The position numbers and the translations under genes were made by a program. A stretch of DNA of 64,000 nt from Bacteroidota bacterium (GTDB lineage Bacteria; Bacteroidota; Bacteroidia; Bacteroidales; UBA10428): positions 127,340 through 191,339 of the forward strand of contig JAEZZA010000017.1 of the NCBI GenBank assembly GCA_023442525.1, given 5' to 3'. Positions 9,385-20,944 of the stretch are shown here, piece after piece. Each line of letters starts with the position of its first letter. Position 1 is the stretch's first letter. The notes beneath the pieces were generated by a model. That model saw nothing but the letters and a program-made list of their open reading frames with translations, was not told where the DNA came from and did no database searches.

Positions 9385-12300
9385 ATGGCTATAAATAATT
9401 TTCTTAAGAAATTTTTTGGAAGCAAATCGCAGCGCGACATAAAGGAAGTATTGCCCATTCTGAACAAGATCAGGGAAGCGTATCCCGGGATTGAAAAGCT
9501 TTCAAACGACGAATTACGCTCAAAAACCGCAGAGATCCGTGATTACGTGTTGAATTCAACAACCGAAAAGACTGCCGCAATTCGTGAAATGCGTGAGCAG
9601 ATTGAATCGGGAACGTTAGATGTTGAAACAGCTGAAGATTACTATCGTGAAATCGACAAGATAGAGAAGGAAATTACGGCCGACATTGAGAATGCTCTGA
9701 ATGAAATCCTTCCTGTTGCTTTTTCCATAGTTAAGGAAACTGCCCGTCGTTTTAAGGAGAACGAGTATATTGAAGTCACCGCCACCGGAATGGATAAGCT
9801 CATAGCGTCGCAACGGAACAGCGTGGTGATTGAAGGCAATAAAGCCCGCTGGATGCACACATGGATGGCCGGTGGGAATCCCATTACCTGGGATATGGTA
9901 CATTACGACGAACAGTTAATTGGCGGTATTGTACTGCACCAGGGAAAAATCTCGGAAATGGCTACCGGCGAAGGAAAAACACTGGTGGCTACTTTACCTG
10001 TTTTTCTCAATGCCCTGGCAGGACGTGGTGTTCATATAGTAACTGTTAACGATTATCTTTCGAAACGCGACTCTGAGTGGATGGGTCCGATATTCGAATT
10101 CCACGGACTTACCGTCGACTGCATCGATAAACATCAGCCTAACTCCGACAGCCGCAGAAAAGCTTACCTGGCCGATATTACATACGGTACAAACAATGAA
10201 TTCGGTTTCGACTACCTCCGCGATAATATGGCCAGCAGTCCAAACGACCTGGTGCAACGTAAACATCATTATGCCATAGTCGACGAGGTAGACTCCGTGC
10301 TTATTGATGATGCCCGTACGCCTCTCATCATATCCGGTCCCATTCCCCGTGGTGAAGACCAGTCATTCGAAGAATTCAAACCTCAGGTTGAAAAGCTTGT
10401 CAATGCTCAGCGTAACCTGGTTACCAACCTGCTTGCAGAGGCCAAAAAGCTGATTGGTGAGGATAAAACAGAAGATGGTGGCTTTAAACTGCTACAATCA
10501 TTTAAGGGTCTTCCCAAATATAAGCCTCTCATCAAATTCCTGAGTGAACAGGGTAATAAGGCCCTTCTGCATAAGATCGAAAATTTCTATATGCAGGAGA
10601 ACAGTAAGAACATGCACATAGTAACGGACGACCTGTATTTCATTATCGATGAAAAACAGAACACCGTGGAACTTACTGAAAAAGGAACCGATCTGATCAC
10701 AGGAACTACTTCCGACCCCGCTTTCTTTATTATGCCCGATATAGGATCGGAAATTGCCGAACTTGAAAAATTATCCCTGAACGCTGAAGAAAAACTTGTT
10801 CAGAAAGATAAGCTTCTTGCTGACTATGCAATAAAATCGGAACGAATACACACGGTTAATCAGCTTCTTAAAGCATATACCATGTTTGAGCGCGATGTCG
10901 ATTACGTGGTTATGGACAATAAGGTTAAGATCGTAGATGAGCAGACCGGACGTATTCTCGAAGGCAGGCGGTATTCCGAAGGACTTCACCAGGCAATTGA
11001 AGCCAAGGAAAGGGTTAAGGTGGAAGCCGCTACACAAACCTTTGCTACCATTACACTTCAGAATTATTTCAGAATGTATCACAAGCTGGCAGGTATGACC
11101 GGTACCGCCGAAACCGAAGCCGGTGAATTCTGGAATATATATAAGCTGGATGTTGTTGTCATACCCACTCACAGGCCTGTGGTACGCGCAGACCGTGAAG
11201 ATCTGATATATCGTACCAAGCGCGAAAAATACAATGCCGTTATCGACGAGATCATAAACCTTAATAAACAAGGACGACCTGCACTGGTGGGTACTACGTC
11301 GGTTGAAATCTCCGAGCTGCTCAGCAAGATGCTCCGCATGAAGGGCATTAAACATAACGTTCTGAATGCCAAGCTGCACCAGCGTGAAGCTGAAATCGTT
11401 GCCGAAGCTGGTAGAACCGGAACTGTGACGATAGCTACCAATATGGCAGGTCGTGGTACCGACATCAAGCTCAGCGAAGATGTGAGAAAGGCTGGGGGCC
11501 TTGCCATAATAGGTACGGAACGGCATGAGTCGCGCCGTGTTGACCGCCAGCTTCGTGGTCGTGCAGGCCGCCAGGGCGATCCGGGTTCATCACAATTCTA
11601 TGTATCTCTCGAAGATGATCTCATGCGGTTATTCGCATCGGACCGTATAGCCGGTTGGATGGCCAAAATGGGCTGGAACGAAGGTGAACCGATACAGGCG
11701 AAACTGATTACTCAATCTATCGAAAGAGCGCAGAGGAAAGTTGAAGAAAACAACTTCGGCATCCGGAAACATCTCCTGGAGTACGACGACGTGATGAATT
11801 CGCAACGCGAAGTGATCTATACAAAACGTCGCCATGCACTTTACGGTGAACGTATCCAGGTTGATGTCGCCAACATGATGTACGATGTCTGTGAAAGCCT
11901 GGTAAACCAGTTACAGGGGAATGTGGAATATGAAGAATTCAGATTCAATGTATTAAGGCAGTTGACTATTGAACCGCCTGTGTCAGATAAGGAATACAAT
12001 AATCTGTCCGCTGCCGATCTGACAGACAGAATTTACAAAACAGTAAGGGAAACATACCAGCGTAAACAGGCCAATATTGCCAAACAGGCTCTGCCGGTTA
12101 TTAAAGATGTTTTTGAAAAACAGGGCAAGGTATACGAAAATATAGTAGTGCCCATTACCGACGGTGTAAGAGTATTTCATGTGCTTACAAACCTGGAGAA
12201 AGCCTACAATTCAAATGCCGATGAACTAACCCATGCTTTTGAAAAATCAATTATCCTGACCACAATCGACGAGGCATGGAAAGAACATCTCCGCGAACTC

Positions 12301-12684
12301 GACGATTTGAGGCAGTCTGTACGTACTGCAACTTATGAGCAGAAAGATCCGTTGCTGATCTACAAGTTTGAATCGTTTGAGCTGTTCCGTAATATGATTG
12401 ATAAGATCAATAAGGATATTTGCAGTATTCTGCTTCGTGGACAGCTTCCTATTCGCGATTCAAGCGGAGTTCAGAGGGCCCAGGCCCCCAGGCGTACCGA
12501 TTACAGCCAGATGGAAGCCAACAAGAGGGAATTCCAACCCGATCAGACGGGAGGACCTAAAAAGGACGAGCATGTTCAACCCGTGAGAGTTGAGAAGAAG
12601 GTGGGCAGGAATGAACCGTGTCCCTGCGGTAGTGGCAAAAAATACAAACATTGCCACGGTGCACAGGTAGCTGAAAAAACCTGA
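9385..12684 (+). CDS. secA: preprotein translocase ATPase SecA
   Basis: DEAD motor ([18 protein letters not shown]), preprotein cross-linking domain, and C-terminal zinc-binding [14 protein letters not shown]. Confidence 0.95.
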   Translation: MAINNFLKKFFGSKSQRDIKEVLPILNKIREAYPGIEKLSNDELRSKTAEIRDYVLNSTTEKTAAIREMREQIESGTLDVETAEDYYREIDKIEKEITADIENALNEILPVAFSIVKETARRFKENEYIEVTATGMDKLIASQRNSVVIEGNKARWMHTWMAGGNPITWDMVHYDEQLIGGIVLHQGKISEMATGEGKTLVATLPVFLNALAGRGVHIVTVNDYLSKRDSEWMGPIFEFHGLTVDCIDKHQPNSDSRRKAYLADITYGTNNEFGFDYLRDNMASSPNDLVQRKHHYAIVDEVDSVLIDDARTPLIISGPIPRGEDQSFEEFKPQVEKLVNAQRNLVTNLLAEAKKLIGEDKTEDGGFKLLQSFKGLPKYKPLIKFLSEQGNKALLHKIENFYMQENSKNMHIVTDDLYFIIDEKQNTVELTEKGTDLITGTTSDPAFFIMPDIGSEIAELEKLSLNAEEKLVQKDKLLADYAIKSERIHTVNQLLKAYTMFERDVDYVVMDNKVKIVDEQTGRILEGRRYSEGLHQAIEAKERVKVEAATQTFATITLQNYFRMYHKLAGMTGTAETEAGEFWNIYKLDVVVIPTHRPVVRADREDLIYRTKREKYNAVIDEIINLNKQGRPALVGTTSVEISELLSKMLRMKGIKHNVLNAKLHQREAEIVAEAGRTGTVTIATNMAGRGTDIKLSEDVRKAGGLAIIGTERHESRRVDRQLRGRAGRQGDPGSSQFYVSLEDDLMRLFASDRIAGWMAKMGWNEGEPIQAKLITQSIERAQRKVEENNFGIRKHLLEYDDVMNSQREVIYTKRRHALYGERIQVDVANMMYDVCESLVNQLQGNVEYEEFRFNVLRQLTIEPPVSDKEYNNLSAADLTDRIYKTVRETYQRKQANIAKQALPVIKDVFEKQGKVYENIVVPITDGVRVFHVLTNLEKAYNSNADELTHAFEKSIILTTIDEAWKEHLRELDDLRQSVRTATYEQKDPLLIYKFESFELFRNMIDKINKDICSILLRGQLPIRDSSGVQRAQAPRRTDYSQMEANKREFQPDQTGGPKKDEHVQPVRVEKKVGRNEPCPCGSGKKYKHCHGAQVAEKT

Positions 12685-12688
12685 TGAT

Positions 12689-13573
12689 CTACTTTAGTTT
12701 TTTAACCAGGAGTTCGAGTTTCGAATAAAGCGTCTCGCTTACAGGTGCAAGGGGTAGCCGGAGATTATTCGGTGCAATTTTCAGGATCTCTAACACAGCC
12801 TTAATTCCCGGGGGGTTACCCTCGTCGAACATTGCATTGACCACATCGAGCAATTTATAATGGATGCTGCATGCTTTTGTAAAATCACCTTTCAAAGCCA
12901 GGTTTATCATTTCGGATATCTGTTTGGGATAGGCATTTGCTGCAACCGATATAACACCTGAGCCTCCCATAGCCACTATAGAAAGAGCAAGTGCATCATC
13001 ACCCGAAATGACCTGGAAACCTTTGGGTTTGTTTTTAATAATTTGCATTACCTGGGCAAGATTTCCGGAAGCCTCTTTGGTTGCAATTATTGAATTACAT
13101 TCGGTTGCCAGTTTTACGGTAGTATCAGCCGAAATATTCGACCCGGTTCTTCCAGGCACGTTGTAAATGATTACCGGAACCGGGCTGGCTGTAGCGATAG
13201 CCTTAAAGTGCAGGTATAATCCCTGTTGCGATGGTTTGTTATAATAGGGTGCAACCGACAGTATGGCATCTATAGCCTGAAAATCGGTATGCCTGATAGA
13301 GTCGAGTACCTCTTCGGTATTGTTACCGCCAATACCCACTACAACCGGAATCTTTCCGCATACGGTGTCGGTAACAAAGTTGATCACTGCTTTTTTTTCA
13401 TCTTTTGAAAGCGTAACCGATTCACCGGTAGTTCCGAGTACTACCAGGTAATTTACTCCTCCCTTGATCAGGTGATCCAGTAGTTTACCCAGCGATTTGA
13501 AATCGATACTGCCATCTTTGCGAAAAGGGGTGATAATGGCTACACCGGTGCCTGAAAATTTCTTCTGGTCCAT
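12689..13573 (-). CDS. dapA: 4-hydroxy-tetrahydrodipicolinate synthase
   Basis: GTTGESVTLS motif and the conserved DapA/NAL-family Schiff-base lysine (…ATKEASGNLA…). Confidence 0.9.
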   Translation of the reverse strand: MDQKKFSGTGVAIITPFRKDGSIDFKSLGKLLDHLIKGGVNYLVVLGTTGESVTLSKDEKKAVINFVTDTVCGKIPVVVGIGGNNTEEVLDSIRHTDFQAIDAILSVAPYYNKPSQQGLYLHFKAIATASPVPVIIYNVPGRTGSNISADTTVKLATECNSIIATKEASGNLAQVMQIIKNKPKGFQVISGDDALALSIVAMGGSGVISVAANAYPKQISEMINLALKGDFTKACSIHYKLLDVVNAMFDEGNPPGIKAVLEILKIAPNNLRLPLAPVSETLYSKLELLVKKLK

Positions 13574-13582
13574 GTCAGGAAT

Positions 13583-14230
13583 TTATTTTTTCAAAATGGA
13601 AAGATAATGGATAAGCTGGTTTATTAGAAAATTAAGCAGGATTTCGGTTTCTGTTTTTCTTTCAATACCGGCTTCAATTTCAGTGTTGATGTATTTGCCG
13701 GCTGATTGTTTCCCTACCTCTTCATGGATTTTACGCATGTCCTGCCTTTCCTTCTCAATGTCGATCATCAGATCGAGACATTCATCGCCTTTGGTATAAC
13801 GGCCGGCTTTGAACAGGGCAGCCGACAGGCTGGTGATGTATTTAATGGGGTAATGGTCGTCGAGGCTCAGGTTGATTAAAAGATCAAAAGGCTCTTTAAT
13901 GAAATCTTCAACAGCACCTGATACTGGTTTGTAATACCAGTTCAGATCGTTTCGCGAAAAGAATTCAAAACCTTTTCTATAGAGGTAATTATCAATTAAC
14001 TGCTTACTGTTAACGTATCCGAGAACCATGATCTTTCGCGAATCGTGAGATAAATCCTTTACCAGGTTTTTGATAATCTCAAAACTCACATATTCCGTGG
14101 CGTTATAGATAATCCCAATGCTCGACACTTCTTTCAGCGCAAAGAATGAAGGAAGTCGAGACTGGTTCTTCTGATAATTCAGAAGTACCCTTTCTCCGAC
14201 TTTGTTCTTGAAAGTATCCACAAGGTTCAT
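13583..14230 (-). CDS. hypothetical protein, no recognised domain
   Basis: 215-aa ORF filling the dapA-tolC gap. Codon usage is consistent with neighbouring genes. Confidence 0.5.
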   Translation of the reverse strand: MNLVDTFKNKVGERVLLNYQKNQSRLPSFFALKEVSSIGIIYNATEYVSFEIIKNLVKDLSHDSRKIMVLGYVNSKQLIDNYLYRKGFEFFSRNDLNWYYKPVSGAVEDFIKEPFDLLINLSLDDHYPIKYITSLSAALFKAGRYTKGDECLDLMIDIEKERQDMRKIHEEVGKQSAGKYINTEIEAGIERKTETEILLNFLINQLIHYLSILKK

Positions 14231-14391
14231 AATGCAATTTTAAGAAATTATATTGATTTAAGAACTCCTTTGGATAATCGAATCTGCTTAATAGCTGAAA
14301 TCCGACAGTTTGTCGTTAAAATTTGCCGGTACTTCCATAATAGTTTCTGTTTTTATTGCAGCCCCGTAGCTTTATCGGAAATTATCAGTCT

Positions 14392-15726
14392 ATGAAATAT
14401 TTCACTTATATTTTTTTTGTTGCAAACTGCTTTCTGATAAGCACTGATGCATGGTCGCAAAATGCTAAGTTATGGACATTGGAGGATTGTATAGCCTATG
14501 CACTGGAACAAAATATTTCGGTTAAACGAAATGTGTTCTCCAATCAATCGCTATCCGAAATGTACGAGCAGGCGAAAGCTCAGCGCTTGCCCTCTGTGAA
14601 TGCCTCGGTTAGTCAGAATTTCAACTGGAGCAGGATGACTTCCACATCAGATTTATCTGGTACGACAAATTCGGCTTACAGCGTGAACTCGGGTGTAACT
14701 GTGTTCAATGGTGCAAGGATAAACAACCAGATCCGTCAGTCAAAACTGGATATAGATGCAGGAAAATACGACCTTGAAACCACAAAGGAATCGGTTAGTC
14801 TGAACATACTAAGCGCTTTTTTACAGGTGTTGTATGCCGAAGAACAGGTAAGAAATTCCGAGAAGCAAATTGAATCAACCAGTCAACAGGTAAATCTGGC
14901 TCTGGAGAGGCTCAACCTTAAGGTAATATCGCAGGCCGATTATGCACAGGTGAAATCGCAGTTTGCCAGTGAAAAACTCAACCTTGCTAATGCCATTAAC
15001 CAATTGGCCATTTCACGGGTAAACCTTATGCAGCTTATGGAATTGCCTGTTTCCGATAGTTTTAAAATAGCCTCTCCGCCTTCGGAAAACCTGATTAATG
15101 AGCAACGTAAACCCGATGTGCAGTCGATATTTGAAAAAGCATTATCCATAAAACCGCAAATTAAAAGTGCCGAAATCAATAAAGAAATTGCATCTCTTGA
15201 TGAGAAAATTGCACGAGCCGGTTATATCCCAATCCTTTCCGCAAGTGCCGGTTTAAGCACGGTAGCCTTATATAATCTCTATTCGAATAATGACGAAAGC
15301 TCTCCCTATTTTGATCAGTTGAACGACAGGCTAAATCCTTCGGCAGGACTTTCGTTATCTATACCTGTATATCAGCGCAGACAGGCCAAAACAAGCCTGG
15401 CGCTTGCCCGCATAAATTATCAGAATGCAGAACTTAATGAAACCGACACCCGTAACCAGTTACGAAAGAATATAGAACAGGCTTGTCAGGATGTTATCTC
15501 AGCCCAGACCGAATATGAAGCAAGTCTTGAAAATTATAACGCTACACGAGAGTCATCGGCACTTTCCAATGAAAAATTCAATCAGGGTCTTATAAATTCT
15601 GTGGATTACCTGGTATCGAAAACCACTCTGATATTAGCTGAAAGCAAGCTTTTGCAATCGAAATACAACCTGATTTTTTCCTATAAAATACTGGACTTCT
15701 ACACCGAAGTGCCATTAACCTTATAA
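14392..15726 (+). CDS. TolC-family outer-membrane efflux channel
   Basis: Signal peptide, two coiled-coil/beta-barrel OEP repeats. Sits upstream of a MacAB-like pump. Confidence 0.8.
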   Translation: MKYFTYIFFVANCFLISTDAWSQNAKLWTLEDCIAYALEQNISVKRNVFSNQSLSEMYEQAKAQRLPSVNASVSQNFNWSRMTSTSDLSGTTNSAYSVNSGVTVFNGARINNQIRQSKLDIDAGKYDLETTKESVSLNILSAFLQVLYAEEQVRNSEKQIESTSQQVNLALERLNLKVISQADYAQVKSQFASEKLNLANAINQLAISRVNLMQLMELPVSDSFKIASPPSENLINEQRKPDVQSIFEKALSIKPQIKSAEINKEIASLDEKIARAGYIPILSASAGLSTVALYNLYSNNDESSPYFDQLNDRLNPSAGLSLSIPVYQRRQAKTSLALARINYQNAELNETDTRNQLRKNIEQACQDVISAQTEYEASLENYNATRESSALSNEKFNQGLINSVDYLVSKTTLILAESKLLQSKYNLIFSYKILDFYTEVPLTL

Positions 15727-15747
15727 TATTTTAACAATAAGCATATT

Positions 15748-17055
15748 ATGAAAAAGAGAATTTATTTAATAGCAGTAGTAATAATAGCTGCAGTTATCCT
15801 GCTACTGATCATCAAACCGTTTGGTGGTAAAAAGGCTGTCTATACATTTGAAACGGTAAAGGTAGAAAAGGGTAAGATCTCCAATGTGGTTACGGCAACG
15901 GGAACAATTGAAGCTGTTACTTCGGTAGATGTCGGCACACAGGTATCGGGTATAATTGATAAGGTATATGTCGATTTCAACGATAATGTAAAGCAGGGTC
16001 AGTTGCTGGCGGTGATCGATAAAAAACAATTACAGGCCCAACTCGATCAGAGTGTCGCCACCCTCGACCAGGCCAATGCTCAACTCACGTATCAGGAAGC
16101 CACTTTCAACAGGCTGAAAGCATTGTATGATAAAGGTCTGATAGCTCAGGCCGATTATGATCAGGCATTATATAATTACCAGAATGCTAAGGCAACGGTT
16201 AAAAATGCCACTTCGGCATATGAGCGCAACCGTGTGAATCTGAACTATGCCGAAATATATTCACCGATTTCAGGTGTTGTCCTTAACCGCGCTATCGAAG
16301 AAGGGCAGACCGTGGCTGCCAGTTTTAATACACCTACACTATTTACCATTGTAAACGACCTTACACAAATGGAAGTCGAAACAAGCGTTGACGAAGCTGA
16401 TATCGGAAAAGTAATGCAGGGTCAGCGAGTGGAATTCACTGTTGACGCATATCCCGAAACAAAATTCGAAGGGTCGGTTTCTCAGGTGAGGCTGCAGCCA
16501 ACAACCACAAACAATGTAGTTACTTACGCGGTAATACTCAGCGCCCCGAATCCCGATAAGAAACTTATGCCGGGAATGACAGCGAGTGCCACCATTTTTG
16601 TAGAGGAAAAAGACAGTACTCTGGTACTCACAGGTAAGGCCATGCGCTTCATGCCAGACATGCCATACATGCAAGAACAATTCAAAAAAATGAGTGGTAA
16701 TATGCCGGGACCATCCCGCGGACAATCGGCCGGCGGTACTCAGGGTGCACCCACTCAGATCCCGCTTGGTGCAGCAGGTGGTACAGGTATGGTCTCCGGT
16801 ACGCGTGGTGCATTTCCTGCACCTCCGGGCGGATTTTCGGGTACACTTCCAGATGGTTCGAAAATGGTTTGGGTAAAGGATGAAAACGGAGGAATAAAGC
16901 CGAATCCTGTTAAAACCGGAATTGACAATGGTTCTTATGTTGAAATAATATCAGGACTAAAAGAAGGAGACGAAGTTGTCTTTTCTATGAGCAGTGATTC
17001 TAAAGAAACGCCAACTACTGAAAATCTCAGGCCAAGAGGTCCTTTCCCATTCTAA
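15748..17055 (+). CDS. efflux periplasmic adaptor (HlyD/MacA family)
   Basis: N-terminal TM, coiled-coil hairpin, biotinyl/lipoyl-like half-domains, and a Gly/Pro-rich C-terminus. Confidence 0.85.
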   Translation: MKKRIYLIAVVIIAAVILLLIIKPFGGKKAVYTFETVKVEKGKISNVVTATGTIEAVTSVDVGTQVSGIIDKVYVDFNDNVKQGQLLAVIDKKQLQAQLDQSVATLDQANAQLTYQEATFNRLKALYDKGLIAQADYDQALYNYQNAKATVKNATSAYERNRVNLNYAEIYSPISGVVLNRAIEEGQTVAASFNTPTLFTIVNDLTQMEVETSVDEADIGKVMQGQRVEFTVDAYPETKFEGSVSQVRLQPTTTNNVVTYAVILSAPNPDKKLMPGMTASATIFVEEKDSTLVLTGKAMRFMPDMPYMQEQFKKMSGNMPGPSRGQSAGGTQGAPTQIPLGAAGGTGMVSGTRGAFPAPPGGFSGTLPDGSKMVWVKDENGGIKPNPVKTGIDNGSYVEIISGLKEGDEVVFSMSSDSKETPTTENLRPRGPFPF

Positions 17056-17084
17056 GCCTAATGCTGTATTAAAAGAAACTAAAA

Positions 17085-17843
17085 ATGAGCAAAACTATTA
17101 TTCAGATAAAAGGTCTGCGAAAGGACTATAAGATTGGTGAAGTCACTGTACACGCACTTCGTGGTGTAGATTTGGAGATAAGTGAAGGCGAATTCGTGGC
17201 TGTGATGGGAGTGAGCGGTTCAGGTAAATCCACCATGCTTAACATTCTGGGTTGTCTTGATATTCCTACAAAAGGTGAGTACTTTCTGGATGGTGTAAAT
17301 ATCAAAGACCTTTCAAAAGATGAATTGGCACGATTGAGAAATCAAAAGCTTGGTTTCGTATTTCAGGCCTACAATTTATTACCACGGACCACAGCTTTGG
17401 AAAATGTAGAATTGCCTTTATTTTATAACCCAAAGGTTAAAGCAAAGGAGAGAAGGGAAAGAGCCATAGCTGCCCTCGAATCGGTGGGTCTGGCCCAACG
17501 AATGCATCATATGCCCAACCAATTGTCGGGCGGACAACAGCAAAGAGTTGCCATTGCTCGATCGTTGGTTAATGATCCGGTGATGATACTGGCCGATGAA
17601 CCCACAGGAAATCTGGATACAAGAACATCGTTTGAGATCATGGAGTTGTTCCAGGATTTGAATGAACGGGGCAGAACTATAGTTTATGTAACTCATGAGC
17701 CTGATATTGCCAGATTCGCTACCCGTAATGTCGTATTCCGTGACGGGCATATAGTAAAGGAACAGATGGTAACAGACAGGGCATTTGCCAGTGAAGTACT
17801 TAAAACACTGCCTGTTGAAAATATTGAAGAGTTTGAAAATTAA
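17085..17843 (+). CDS. ABC transporter ATP-binding protein (MacB/LolD type)
   Basis: Walker A GVSGSGKST, signature LSGGQQQRV, Walker B ILADEPTGNLD. Confidence 0.9.
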   Translation: MSKTIIQIKGLRKDYKIGEVTVHALRGVDLEISEGEFVAVMGVSGSGKSTMLNILGCLDIPTKGEYFLDGVNIKDLSKDELARLRNQKLGFVFQAYNLLPRTTALENVELPLFYNPKVKAKERRERAIAALESVGLAQRMHHMPNQLSGGQQQRVAIARSLVNDPVMILADEPTGNLDTRTSFEIMELFQDLNERGRTIVYVTHEPDIARFATRNVVFRDGHIVKEQMVTDRAFASEVLKTLPVENIEEFEN

Positions 17844-17855
17844 AAGAATTCGGGA

Positions 17856-19076
17856 ATGCACTATTCAAATTTATTTACTGTAGCACTAAGAGCCCTTGTA
17901 CGTAACAAGCTCAGGGCCATATTAACCATGCTCGGGATAATCATAGGAATTGCATCAGTAATTGCCATGTTAGCCATTGGCGAAGGATCGAAGCGTAATA
18001 TGCGCGAGGAAATGTCGCAGATGGGTACAAATATGGTAATGGTTATGCCTAATTTTCAGCGAAGGGGAGGAGTAAACCTTGGTACCTCGAACTCCAATGC
18101 TCTGAGAATGTCGGATGTGATTGCTCTGAGAAACGAAGCCTCTCATCTGGCCGCAGTATCACCTGAGGTCAGGGCAAACGGACAGGTGATCTTTGGTAAT
18201 CAAAATACACAAACCACCATTTATGGTGTGAGTGAGGAATACCTGGGAATACGTAAACTTAAACTCGAATCGGGAAGGATTTTTAGCGACCAGGAAGTAA
18301 AGGGGATGGCGAAAGTATGTATTATCGGGCAAACCGTAAAGGAAAACCTGTTTGGTGCAGGAGCCGATCCTGTTGGATTAACCATAAGGATAAAAAATCT
18401 GCCCTTCCTGGTCATCGGACTATTGGAAGACAAGGGGGAAAGCGGAATGGGACAGGATCAGGACGACCTGATTGTTGCACCGTACACCACTGTACAGCGC
18501 CGACTGGCCGCCATCGATTACATAAATGGTATCACTGCATCGGCTGTAAGTGAGGAAAGATCGTTAAAAGCCATGACTGAAGTTGAGGAAATCCTGAGAA
18601 TAACACATAAACTAAAGGAATCGGACGAGAACGATTTCAGGGTAATGTCGCAGTCCGAATTAATGGCTACCTTTTCGTCAATTATGGACAATATGACTTA
18701 CCTTTTGGGTGCAATTGCATGTATTTCACTTCTTGTTGGCGGGATAGGTATAATGAATATCATGTTCGTTTCGGTTACTGAACGCACACGTGAAATCGGA
18801 CTTCGTATGTCGATTGGTGGGCGGGGTAGGGATATCCTGATGCAGTTTCTGGTGGAATCGATTATTCTTAGTATTGTTGGTGGTATTCTGGGAATTCTCC
18901 TCGGCTTTCTCCTTGCCAAGGGAGCCGGAACTTTGATGGATACCAAAGCTTATGTTGAAACGCAATCAGTATTTTTAGCGTTTATAGTATGTTTTGCAAT
19001 TGGTGTATTTTTTGGCTGGTATCCGGCCCGGAAAGCCTCAAACCTGAATCCGATCGATGCACTGCGGTACGAATAA
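17856..19076 (+). CDS. ABC transporter permease (MacB/FtsX family)
   Basis: N-terminal TM, a large periplasmic domain, and a C-terminal FtsX 3-TM bundle. Confidence 0.85.
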   Translation: MHYSNLFTVALRALVRNKLRAILTMLGIIIGIASVIAMLAIGEGSKRNMREEMSQMGTNMVMVMPNFQRRGGVNLGTSNSNALRMSDVIALRNEASHLAAVSPEVRANGQVIFGNQNTQTTIYGVSEEYLGIRKLKLESGRIFSDQEVKGMAKVCIIGQTVKENLFGAGADPVGLTIRIKNLPFLVIGLLEDKGESGMGQDQDDLIVAPYTTVQRRLAAIDYINGITASAVSEERSLKAMTEVEEILRITHKLKESDENDFRVMSQSELMATFSSIMDNMTYLLGAIACISLLVGGIGIMNIMFVSVTERTREIGLRMSIGGRGRDILMQFLVESIILSIVGGILGILLGFLLAKGAGTLMDTKAYVETQSVFLAFIVCFAIGVFFGWYPARKASNLNPIDALRYE

Positions 19077-19087
19077 AAAAGAAAACC

Positions 19088-20182
19088 ATGGTATTTAAAG
19101 CACAAGGTAAGATGAGGTTCCTTCTGCATTTTGCAGCCTGGATCATAATTATCGGACTTCCCTTATATAATTTTTACAGATGGGATATCCCCAGGGAATT
19201 TATATGGACCTACTACCTGCTGGTTGTTATCAATGGTATCATATTTTATTGTAATTATTTTCTGCTGATACCCAGGTTCTTTTTCAGAAATAGGCGGATC
19301 AGGTATTATCTCTCGGCATTAATACTCATTGCGGCTCTGTTTTGTGTATCACATGTAGCCGGATTTCTCATTTTTCAGAAAGCTGCGCATAGTTTTCCCC
19401 GTGAATCAGCCGACCGGATTGAACGCATGGACGATCGTCCACCACGCGGACCACGAAAAATATTCAGGCTACCGTTTGGTCCTATGAGTGTTTACAATTT
19501 TGCCTTTAATGCGATTGTATTTTCTGTTTTTGCTTTTGGAATCAAAGTACTTGAACGGCACGCTGAAATAGAAAAGAAACAAAAAGAACTCGAAAAGGAA
19601 AAGCTGAATTCCGAACTTGCTTTTTTAAAAAGCCAAATCAGCCCGCATTTCTTTTTTAATACTCTTAATAACATCTATTCCTTAATTGATATTAATAAAG
19701 AGGATTCGCAAAAAGCAGTGCTCAAGCTGTCGAAAATGATGCGTTATCTGCTTTATGAATCCGAACAGGGTGAAACCAGACTCGGTAGCGAAATCGAATT
19801 TATGAATAACTATATCGATCTGATGCGACTCAGGGTGTCTGATAAAATTAAACTCGATATCTCTTTTCCAGCAGAGCATGACGACCGTACCATCCCTCCG
19901 TTGTTGTTTATTTCGATAATTGAAAATGCTTTTAAACACGGCATCAGCTACCGCGAAAAATCGTTTATCAGTATTAATATGAATGTATCGGGAAATATTC
20001 TTATTTTTAATTGTGAGAATAGTCTGGTTAGAAATCCGGTAAGTGAATCATCCGGGAGTTTGGGCATAGGTCTTGAAAATCTGAAAAAGCGTCTCTCATT
20101 GTTGTTCCCGTCCAAATATGAACTGAATATTGAAAGAACGGTCGAAACATTTTGTGTATCCATTAAAATCAATTTAACCTGA
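19088..20182 (+). CDS. sensor histidine kinase, LytS/His_kinase (PF06580-like) type
   Basis: 3-4 N-terminal TM helices, an H-box region ISPHFFFNTLNNIYSL, and a C-terminal HATPase. The ATG at 19088 is 12 bp after the permease stop; the ORF-track extension to 18989 is discounted. Confidence 0.8.
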   Translation: MVFKAQGKMRFLLHFAAWIIIIGLPLYNFYRWDIPREFIWTYYLLVVINGIIFYCNYFLLIPRFFFRNRRIRYYLSALILIAALFCVSHVAGFLIFQKAAHSFPRESADRIERMDDRPPRGPRKIFRLPFGPMSVYNFAFNAIVFSVFAFGIKVLERHAEIEKKQKELEKEKLNSELAFLKSQISPHFFFNTLNNIYSLIDINKEDSQKAVLKLSKMMRYLLYESEQGETRLGSEIEFMNNYIDLMRLRVSDKIKLDISFPAEHDDRTIPPLLFISIIENAFKHGISYREKSFISINMNVSGNILIFNCENSLVRNPVSESSGSLGIGLENLKKRLSLLFPSKYELNIERTVETFCVSIKINLT

Positions 20183-20192
20183 TCGGGATGCC

Positions 20193-20912
20193 ATGTTACC
20201 TACTATCGCTATTGACGATGAGCCGCTTGCACTTCAACTGGTTGCGGGATATATTGAAAAGACGCCCGGTTTGGATCTTGTCGGTAAGTTTGACAATCCG
20301 TTGGATGCATTCGAATTTATGGCTTCATCACCTGTCGATCTTATTTTTCTGGATATTCAGATGCCCGATCTCACAGGCATCGAATTTGCCAGGGCGATGA
20401 CAAACGGGCCCAAAGTGATCTTTACAACGGCATTTGAAAAATATGCCCTTGAAGGTTTCAAACTCGACGTGGTAGATTACCTTTTGAAGCCCTTCGGATA
20501 TGAAGATTTTTTCAAATCGGCTCAGAAAGCACTGCGGTTAATTAAGCTTGAAAGAGGATCCGAACATCAGGTTCTGGTAGATACTAATGCCGATTTTCTT
20601 TTCCTTAAATCGGAATACAAGATTCGAAGGATCAATTTCAATAATATCCTATATATAGAAGGTCTGAAAGACTATGTTAAGGTCTTTACAACTTCGGATC
20701 CAAAGCCCATATTATCTTTGATTTCGATGAAACACCTTGAGGAAAAATTGCCTTCGTCACGCTTCATGCGTGTTCACAGGTCGTTTATCGTTAACCTCGA
20801 CAAGATAAATACTATCGAACGAAGCCGGATAATTTTCGGTAAAGTCTATATCCCGGTCAGTGATCAGTACAAGGATAAATTCCAGGAATTTCTGGATAAG
20901 AATTTCCTTTAA
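20193..20912 (+). CDS. LytTR-family response regulator
   Basis: Receiver domain (IAIDDEP…FLDIQMPDLTG) and a C-terminal LytTR DNA-binding domain. Confidence 0.85.
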   Translation: MLPTIAIDDEPLALQLVAGYIEKTPGLDLVGKFDNPLDAFEFMASSPVDLIFLDIQMPDLTGIEFARAMTNGPKVIFTTAFEKYALEGFKLDVVDYLLKPFGYEDFFKSAQKALRLIKLERGSEHQVLVDTNADFLFLKSEYKIRRINFNNILYIEGLKDYVKVFTTSDPKPILSLISMKHLEEKLPSSRFMRVHRSFIVNLDKINTIERSRIIFGKVYIPVSDQYKDKFQEFLDKNFL

Positions 20913-20944
20913 ATAGAAATCTTGAGTACCAATGACAGAGTAGC

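Noticed and set aside
10771-11526. 251-aa and 112-aa ORFs antisense to secA
   Set aside because: They lie entirely inside a strongly supported secA frame, have low-complexity composition and no motifs. They are typical shadow ORFs.
18989-19087. N-terminal extension of the histidine kinase ORF overlapping the ABC permease gene
   Set aside because: It overlaps the permease C-terminus in another frame. The ATG at 19088 lies 12 bp after the permease stop and begins the TM region.
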